Origin: Eledone cirrhosa
Taxonomy: Eukaryota
NCBI GenBank assembly: GCA_964016885.1
Contig: OZ024743.1
Coordinates: 112,406,001 to 112,470,000, forward strand
Length of the DNA: 64,000 nucleotides
Direction: 5' to 3'
Every line of letters starts with the position of its first letter. Within the stretch, counting starts at the first letter, position 1. Both the position numbers and the translations under genes were made by a program. A model generated the notes under the pieces. The model searched no databases. It worked only from the letters and a program-made list of their open reading frames with translations, and was not told the origin of the DNA. Below, one piece after another: positions 54,589-64,000 of this stretch.

Positions 54589-54754
54589 TGTGTGTGTGCG
54601 TGTGTCTGTGTGCACGCGTGCACGCTCGGGCGAATAGAGTGAGTATATGAACACGCATATGTATGTGACGTGGTGTATATACGCATGGATAGTGTGTTTA
54701 TTTGCTTGCGTGAAATATGTATGAATGTATACGTGTATATATGTAACGTATATG

Positions 54755-54795
<41 letters not shown>

Positions 54796-54906
54796 ATGTG
54801 TGTGTGTATGAGAGGGTTTGACGGGTATCTACATGCATTGAAGTTACTATATGTGTCACTCTACTATGGCATATGTGAAGTTTGCCTGTGTGTATATAGG
54901 TGTATG

Positions 54907-54946
<40 letters not shown>

Positions 54947-54983
54947 GTGTGTGTATGTGTACGTGTGTATGTGTTTGTGCGTA

Positions 54984-55040
<57 letters not shown>

Positions 55041-55153
55041 ATGTATGTATAGATATATATGCATATATGTACATGTATGATATATACATACACATATGAA
55101 GATATATATACATAGATATAGATGTTTATGTATGCATATATATATATACATAC

Positions 55154-55304
<151 letters not shown>

Positions 55305-55649
55305 CGTGTGGATGCGTGTATGCATGAGTGCGCGGCGCGTATGGAATATGTGTGCATGCGTGTGTCTATATGTGTGTAGGTGTGTATCTGTGTGTGAGTG
55401 TGTGTTAAATGATTCGCTACAATCCACTTGTAGTGCTTCTTTAATTAAATGCCGTGTAATGAAGATTTTGTCAGCAATGCCATCGCTATAAGGTGTATCC
55501 CTTGTAATGACAACTCTCGGAATATTCTACAACTAACTGCCTCTTAATTCTCGAATTCATTGAAATAGAATCCTCTTTCCTTTTCTTCAACGAAATCAGG
55601 AAGCGGCAAAAACAAATGTTGTTCATCTCTTCTATTTTATTTTATTATA

Positions 55650-55832
55650 TACGGTGAATTGGCAGTATCGGTAGAGGGTCAGACATGCTTTCCGGCGTAG
55701 TTACGTCCCTTTACGATCTGAGTTCAAATCCCGCCGAGGTTAATTTTGCTTTTCATCCTTACGGGGTCGATAACATAAAGTACCAGTAATACACTAGGTA
55801 ATTGCTGGCCTTGTGCCAAAATTAGAAACAAT
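55650..55832 (+). mobile_element. Nin/Deu-domain tRNA SINE
   Basis: GGTGAATTGGCAGTATCGGTAGA..GAGTTCAAATCCCGCCGAGG..TTTCATCCTTACGGGGTCGATAA..AGTACCAG. Confidence 0.8.
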
Positions 55833-55942
55833 TATATATTTATATAATGTTTTAACATTATTTATCTTTAGACGCGGTGAATTGGCAGTATCGGTAGATG
55901 GTTGGACGCCATGTTTTCTAGCATATTTATGAATATATTTTA

Positions 55943-55983
<41 letters not shown>

Positions 55984-55987
55984 ATAT

Positions 55988-56029
<42 letters not shown>

Positions 56030-56192
56030 CAAATATATGTAGGCACTTACTTACTTACACACAAGATATATATATCTTGAAGCGGTCAAGCAGAAACCTC
56101 AAATCACTGCCACTTTTCGACTTAGAAAATGTTTCGATATTTCTCCTACGAGTTTTCAGAGCTCATTCAGTAAATGCTTTAAATACTGCGAC

Positions 56193-56263
<71 letters not shown>

Positions 56264-57329
56264 GCGAGAGAAAAATCCTGAACACTGATGATGGTTCTGA
56301 AAACAACTTTAGGCAATCGGATAAAAATACGCCTATCGAGGGAAAAGGTGGCCAGCGGCTACTCCAGAGAATCGAACTATGTATCTCTCAAATTCCTGTT
56401 GTGCACTACGCATCATTGAGGTAAACAACCCCTGAAAACAGATATATTCTTTTATAATGCAAAATATTAGCTTTTCAAATGTGAGAACCTCTTTGTAAAT
56501 AAACATTAAATAATGGGGTTGCTTGTCCGTGACACAATTCTGCCAAGAGCTGATATGCGACGCTATCAATCCTGGCCAGTCGTAAAGCCGTTTAGAATTG
56601 TTTGTTTGCTGTGTTTAACAGAGATGTCAGTTCTAATCTCTGGACAAAACCAGTGTAGCGTGATGGTGAATCGCTTAAAGTGTTACAAACATTTCGAAGA
56701 TTTTAAAAAAGAGAAAACCAATGGGAAATAATTATAATTATAAAGGTAAATATATAAAAAAAATAATTAATTAAAAAATAAATAATTGGTTAAAAATCCT
56801 ATTGGCGCGTAAATGTTTGGATTTATATTAAGTTGAAGTTTATGACAGAAACCGTTTCAATGGCTGGCCTAATCATAAGCAAAACCAACCCTCCATTCTC
56901 GAGTCTCCGGGGTACAGGAGAAGGTTTATGTAGCCGAGAAGATTCAATATATGAAAATAGGTGGAAAATGTTTTGAACATATGTTCCAATTATTTCATTC
57001 CAAGCACTCCACTTTAGAGAACCAGCTACCGACGTCCCTATAAGTTACTCAGAAGACAGCTATACGAACAAGCAGGAATTGATAGCATCGTCAGAATTGT
57101 GTCACTGCCAAGCAAACCTGTCACTTAGTCGCGTCTACGACCCACGATACATAGCATTGTCGAGTGTGTTGCATACGGAAGCCGTCTCTCACATTGATCG
57201 TATTGACTGGAAGACCACCTCCGTATCAATTCAATTCTTTGTTTATATTTTGCCGAAATCCAGTATTTGATTACTTAATCTTTGTAAAGGATATGCGGTG
57301 GAGTCTCGGCGTCAGAAGGAATTTGTGTT

Positions 57330-57393
<64 letters not shown>

Positions 57394-57535
57394 TTTGAAG
57401 AAAATTGGTTGATTGAAAATCTGCCGACCTTTTCTTAACAGAAACACTGCACGATTCAAACACTCAACGGTTTTTGTTCATCCGGGGATTTATTAAGATA
57501 TAAAACAAGAAAGACGGTTTGTACATCCATATTTA

Positions 57536-57607
57536 TTTTCTTATACGTATTTCGAAGACGTAGGGTAGTTGTGTAACAGCTGCCCTATGTGTTCTCTTCA
57601 GACAAAA
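57536..57607 (-). ncRNA. Type I hammerhead ribozyme
   Basis: ttttgt-CTGAAGA-gaa..taggg..cccta..ttc-GAAA-TACGTA-TA-agaaaa. Confidence 0.65.
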
Positions 57608-58419
57608 ATCCAAACGAGATGTAAATATCCATTGATATGTTACCGGTCATACAAGATATTCCCTTCGCCGACCAGCAAGCATATGCCCAAAAATGTTCAT
57701 GTAGTAATTCTTATGTGTGGTGTTGGTGTTGTGGGAAAGATGTTCTTGTTTGTAATGATCTTGTTGCTGTTGCTGCTGTTGTTGTTTGTAATGATCTTGT
57801 TGCTGTTGCTGGTGTTGCTGGTGTTGTCGTTGTTGTTGTTGTCGTCGTTGTTCTTGTTGGTGTTATTGCTGTTGTCGTTGTTCTTGTTGGTGTTATTGCT
57901 GTTGTCGCTGTTGTTGTTTTCGGTGCAGTTGGTTTTGGTGTTGTCGCTGTTTATGTTCTTGTTTGTGGTGTTAATTTCGATGTTTTTGTTGTCAATGTTT
58001 CAGTTATCGCTGTTACTGTTGGTGTCATTTTTTTTTTTTTAGGTTTTCACTGTTGCTGTTCGTTGTGGTGATGTTTGTGGTATTATTTTTTTTTGTATTC
58101 GCCGTATCCCTCCTCTCAACGTTTAAGCCGCTGTCACACGACAGCAGACTTACCATCGGGGCGCGTGGCTCAGCCATGTTTTTTTCCTCGATAATTTCTT
58201 TTTTTTTATATACACAAAGTTCAAATATAGACGCTATAACATTTGGGCCAAAACGCCCAAATGTTATAGCGTCTGCCCTTCGCAGGGCAAAGACGGAAGT
58301 CTTACGACCTTTTTGTAAAAATTATAACAACTAATACAATTGAAAAAAATTTTGAAATTCAATACATTACGGAGCTCACAAAAAACACGCCTTCACTGTC
58401 TGACAGCCAATAATAATAA

Positions 58420-58960
58420 TAATTGCTTCTACTTTAGGCACAAGGCCAGCAATTATCGCATTGCATTACTGGTACTTTATTTTATCGACCCCGTAAGGAT
58501 GAAAATAATGGTTTCTTGTATAGGCACAAGGCCAGAAATTTTTCGAGGAGGGGAAAGTCGATTAAATCGACCCCAGTGCGTGACTGGTACTTTATTTTAT
58601 CGACCCTGTTAGGATGAAAGGCAAAGTTAACCTCGGCGGGATTTGAACTCAGAATGGCAACGGCCGTAACTCTATGCGTCAAAGCATGGCGTCCGACCCT
58701 CTACCGATACTGCCAATCCACAATAATAATGTTTTCTTATATAGGCACAAGGCCAGTAATTTTTTTTTTTTGGGGGGGGAGGAGAAAGTCGATTAAATCG
58801 ACCCCAGTGCGTGACTGGTACTTTATTTTATCGACCCTGTTAGGATGAAAGGCAAAGTTAACCTCGGCGGGATTTGAACTCAGAATGGCAAGGGCCGTAA
58901 CTCTATGCGTCAAAGCATGGCGTCCGACCTTCTACCGATACTGCCAATCCACAATAATAA
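58420..58960 (-). mobile_element. Tandem Nin/Deu SINE copies (one partial, two near-full)
   Basis: 58510-58730 is duplicated at 58730-58960. Confidence 0.8.
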
Positions 58961-59336
58961 TGCGGGTGGAATTGGTGGCACCTTTATAGCGATTAAAAAT
59001 AATTACATAAATAGATAAATACACAGGACTATATTCAAATGTTAATTAGTTGCAACGCTTTCTATGAAGGAAAGATTAAAACACCAACTAATTTGAGACG
59101 TAGCAGCAAGTTAAAATGGTGAATATTCTGTCTATATCCAATGTTTACATTATATAACGTAATATTTAAAAATACTGTTTCGGTGATACTTTAGTGTTAT
59201 TTCGCTGCTATGTCGAGCATGTGGAATGAATAAAACTGCGTACTTAGTTGGCCTCTCACCGCTCTTGATACACAGAATGAACATTTTCTTTTGGTGTTGT
59301 TGTTCTTATTCTTCTTCGCCTTCTTCATCTTCACAT

Positions 59337-59347
59337 TCTTCTTCTTC

Positions 59348-59431
<84 letters not shown>

Positions 59432-59500
59432 TCGTTCTTCTTCTTCTTCTTCTTCTTCTTCTTCTTCTTCTTCTTCTTCTTCTTCTTCTTCTTCTTCTTC
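59337..59500. repeat. (TTA)n(TTC)n compound microsatellite
   Basis: Direct reading. Confidence 0.95.
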
Positions 59501-59839
59501 ATCCCGTTTTTCTTCTTTCTGTTGTTGGTAGCTGTTGATCATTTCTAGAGTTTAGTATGCGATATTTCTTAGTTTAAACACAATTTCAGATATTAGATTT
59601 GTAGTCGGCACTTTCACCATTAAGAAATCTTCCTAGCTAAAAGGGGAACAAAGTGTGATAGAGCGAGATTGAGAAAGATACAGAGAAACAGCGAGAGAGT
59701 ATTAGGAAGAAAGTTTACAGATAGATAGATGGAAAGAAAGAGTGTGAATCAGAGATAGAGAGAGAGGAGAAAAAAGGCAAGAGAAACACAAAGAGGATAA
59801 TGAGAGAGAAATAAAATGTACCTGAAAGAGAGATAGATA

Positions 59840-59934
<95 letters not shown>

Positions 59935-60331
59935 ATACATACAACTTTTGATCTGTTGTGCATTACAAGTAGATTTGTGATTTACTGTGCATAGCAAGCA
60001 CATCTATGATCTGCTGTGCATTACAAATAGGACCATGTATTACTGCTTCACATTACACTGATGTGCACAAAGAAAGACTCTAGAGCGGAGCTTTAAAAGT
60101 TGCTAGGTTCAGAAAGAGAGAGAGATGGAGAGTGAGGGAGAGTAAGAAAGAGAATGAGGGGGCGAGAGAGGCGCTCATGTCACAAAAGCTATCTAATTGA
60201 CAGTTACTATTTGTTTTGTTTGTTTTTCGCTAGGGTTCCCTCTGTTAGAATATACCAGCTTTAACATTATTTGTATGATAAAATTTAAGATATCCATAAA
60301 TAGTAATACATATATAGATACATATATATTT

Positions 60332-60460
60332 AGGCGTGTGGCTGAGTGGTTAGAGAATTGGATTCGCAATCGTAAGGTTGTGAGTTCGATTCCTGGACCA
60401 GGCGATGCGTTATGTCCTTGAGCAAGACACTTTATTTCACGTTGCTCCTTCTACCTGGAG
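60332..60460 (+). mobile_element. tRNA-derived SINE
   Basis: A-box TGGCTGAGTGG, B-box GAGTTCGATTCC, GTCCTTGAGCAAGACACT. Confidence 0.8.
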
Positions 60461-60865
60461 TTGCGACCGATAGATAGTATTAGCAATTGGAAAGACCAAC
60501 GGAAACATTGTTCCCTCGGTCCGATTTGACGAAAGTCGATCGTCCTGAGATACATCTATATATGTATTACTATTTATGTGTGTGTGTGTGTGTGTGCCTG
60601 TGTATGCATGTATACATATATACATGTTATATAATATATATGAATATGCATATATATGCATATGTGTATATATATATATATATATTTATGTGTGTGTATG
60701 CGTAAATATCTATCTATATATATATATATATATGCATGTAGAATATTTATAAATATGTATATATAAGTGCCTCTCTGTGTTTACGTACATATGTGTATAT
60801 AATATATATATAAATGTATACATATATACTTGTGCGTGTGTGTATGTGTACGTGAGTGTGTGTGT

Positions 60866-60905
<40 letters not shown>

Positions 60906-61462
60906 TCGTAAGTATATAATAACAATATTTATAAATATGTATATATAAGTGCCTGCGGCGTATATATATATATTGTATACACATAAGTATATGTCTATAT
61001 AATACATATATACGTGTCTTTGTGTGTGTGTGTGTGTGTGTCTGTGTGTGTGTGTGTTCGTGCGTGCGTAAGTATATAAGAATAAGATTTGATTTGCATC
61101 CCTCCCACGTAGACGATGTTGGTTCATTCGTAAGTGTGTATGTGTGTGTGTTAACCCTATCATCCCTAGCCGTTTCAAGGGATCCGTAAACCTGCTTTGT
61201 TCCTGAACAACTTATGCTATGACAATGAAATTTTGCACAAGTATCGATCATTGGTAGTCAAACGTTTTTACTTTGGAAATATGTTGCTGACGTCATGATT
61301 TTCCGGAAAACATCATGAGGTGTACCCAGATTTGTTAAAATTTATTACTTTTATAGTGTTCAAAAATATTCCAGAACCACTTAGGCTATGATCATGAAAC
61401 TTTTCAGGTATATAGTTACAACATAAGTCTAAAGTATGTCTTAAGTCAGAAGGCTCTTTTGG

Positions 61463-61706
61463 CCGGTGCTTATCCCGGTTTCATGGCGTGAAACAACTGA
61501 GAGTACAAGACTCCCGCTGGACAGGACGCCAGTCCATCGCAGGGTTAAACACCCAGCTATTGCTGGTACTCATTTTCAGCTGAGTATATTGGAGCAACAT
61601 GAAATGAATTGTTTTACTCGAGAACACAACACGCAATCCGGGAATCGAACCCACGACATTATGATCGTAAGTCCAACACCCTTACCACTAGGCCACGTGC
61701 CTCCAC
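61463..61706 (-). mobile_element. tRNA-derived SINE with V/Meta-like tail
   Basis: TGGCCTAGTGG..GGTTCGATTCCC..CCCTGCGATGGACTGGCGTCCTGTCCAG..GAAACCGGGATAAGC. Confidence 0.75.
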
Positions 61707-61754
61707 AGTTACTACATATAAGAAGTATAACCTTTCTCTTTGCCATGCTTGCTA

Positions 61755-61950
61755 ATAATTGTTTCTATTTTTTGGTACAAGGCCAGCAATTATCCCAGTG
61801 CATTACTGGTACTTTATTTTATCAAACCCCGTAAGGATGAAAGTCAAAGTTAACCTCGGTGAGATTTGAACTCAGATCGTAAAGGGGCGTAACTCTATGC
61901 CGTAATGCATGTTGTCCGACGCTCTACCGATACTGTTAATCCGCTAATAA
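61755..61950 (-). mobile_element. Nin/Deu-domain tRNA SINE
   Basis: Same family as 55650. Confidence 0.8.
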
Positions 61951-62511
61951 TGAAACATCAACATTGCAATGTAAAAACATTTCCAGTATAGATAAAACAA
62001 TTGTTGCTACGTCCTTTGCCTGGAAACACCTTGGTTACCATGCAACCCAAAAGATTCATTAGATTGGTAATATTATTTGGCGATATTGCTTTTGTTACAA
62101 AATCTGTATAACCAAATTTTGTAACAATTAAAATCAAACCAATATCATCATTTTATATCCCCTGTTCAACTCCTGCGGTTTCCATGACAACGGGTAAACT
62201 TTTCAAAATCAGTTATGGGAGCAATAATAGGGTAAATTTATAGAAAAAGTCAGAGAAAAATCTGGTTCCTTTCACAATTTAGGCTAACAAAACCCCACGA
62301 TAAGACTATCAGAGCACCTTACCTCTTAAACAATAGAGAGGGTAGTGTATTCATATCTGAGTTTGGATGTTTGGATGTTTTCTCTTTCTATATTCGCTTG
62401 ACAATATATTTACAGTTTGCCTCGCTCTGATGCTTTCGTTCTATATTCTAAAGTCTTTACCTTGTGCTAGGTATTTACACACACAGACTCACATTATAAG
62501 TGTGTGTGTGA

Positions 62512-62700
62512 GGCGGTAGATTGGCAGTATTGGTAGAGAGTCGGACGCTATGCTATGCAGCATAGAGTTACGCCGCTTTATGATCTGAGTTCAAATCCCG
62601 CCGAGGTTAACTTTGCCTTTCATCCTTACAGGGTCGATAAAGTAAAGTACCAGTAATACACTGGGATAATTGCTGGCCTTGTGACAAAAGTAGAAACAAT
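62512..62700 (+). mobile_element. Nin/Deu-domain tRNA SINE
   Basis: Same family as 55650. Confidence 0.8.
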
Positions 62701-63070
62701 TGTAGGTGTGAGGTGTGTGTGTGTGTATGTGTGTGTGTGTGTGCGTGTGTGTGTGTGCGCGTGTGTGTAGGCGTGTGCTAAGTATAAACATCCTTTATTT
62801 TTCTTAATGTGGCTGGTTTTTTTCAATCCATTTTATTCGTTGGGGACAACATGACATTGATGTTATGTTAAATGATTCTGTTTCTTTTATATATCATACT
62901 CTAGTTTGTTTGTTTAGTGTGTATATGTAAATATTTATAAATATATACACATACACACGCTCACACAGACCACACACAAATATATATTTACATATATACA
63001 TGCGTACATATATATGTGTGTGTGTGTGTGTGTCTGTACGTACGTGTGTATATATGTATATGTGTATATA

Positions 63071-63119
<49 letters not shown>

Positions 63120-63135
63120 CTGTACGTACGTGTGC

Positions 63136-63222
<87 letters not shown>

Positions 63223-63442
63223 CGTGTGTGCATGTGTGTGTGTGTAATGTTCATGTGTGAATGTGTATATAGCTGCAACTGCTTTTTATCCTTTAACCAT
63301 TATTTTAGTTGTTTGATGTCAAATAGAAATGACAAAGTACTCAGACAACACAAATGTAAGTAGTTCAGATAGTAATAATAGAAAAATATATGTACATAAA
63401 TAAATGCATATACAATATATATATACGTATATATATATATAC

Positions 63443-63502
<60 letters not shown>

Positions 63503-63752
63503 TATATATGCATTTATTTATGTACATATATTTATAACTAAACGACAAACAAAATATATTCAAAAATATTTCAATGAAAGAATAAATATAATAGAACAGA
63601 CACAAATGATAAAACGAAAACAATCAACTCATACATCCGCAATGCATTATCTGCTCTCGAAAAGCCTTACCAGTTACAATTTAGACTGTCAATGTTGGAA
63701 AACTTCTAGTAGATAATATATATATATATATATATGATTATATGTATGTATT

Positions 63753-63887
<135 letters not shown>

Positions 63888-64000
63888 TTGTACAAATTTA
63901 TATGTAGATAAGTAGATATTTGTACATACATAAATATATATATATAATATATATATATTTAAGTATGTGTGTATGTATGTGCATGCATGTGTGTATGCGT

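Noticed and set aside
56100-56310. CTGAATGA/GAAAC and CTGATGA motifs as HHRs
   Set aside because: Could not form stems I and II convincingly
59170-59280. Possible minus-strand HHR (ggtga..tcacc-GAAA)
   Set aside because: No CUGANGA core and no palindromic stem III
60332-60405. tRNA gene
   Set aside because: A/B boxes are present but continue into a SINE body with no complete acceptor stem; treated as a SINE head

Overview
Repeat-dense, AT-rich eukaryotic DNA. An Octopus-like cephalopod source is inferred from the Nin/Deu-domain tRNA-SINEs and the abundant (TA)n/(CA)n/(GAT)n tracts. No host gene is supported, and almost all ORF-track entries are microsatellite artefacts. Recognisable protein remnants are a Penelope-like element (RT YVDD motif plus GIY-YIG endonuclease, 37.8-39.0 kb), an RLE-type non-LTR 3' fragment, an RTE C-terminus and a decayed mariner transposase. 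The main hidden signal is RNA. By eye I found about 30 type I hammerhead ribozyme (HHR) motifs, intact to decayed, on both strands and from many sequence families. The best-preserved ones have a palindromic stem III. They lie in non-coding units mostly embedded in (TA)n: an 8-copy 466-bp tandem array, a head-to-head 593-bp array whose HHR carries the compensatory U3-A8 core, and several fold-back elements. This looks like a multi-family retrozyme / non-autonomous Penelope pLTR system, with a candidate partner RT/endonuclease in the same window. All folds were read manually and none has been tested. Boundaries of decayed repeats are approximate.
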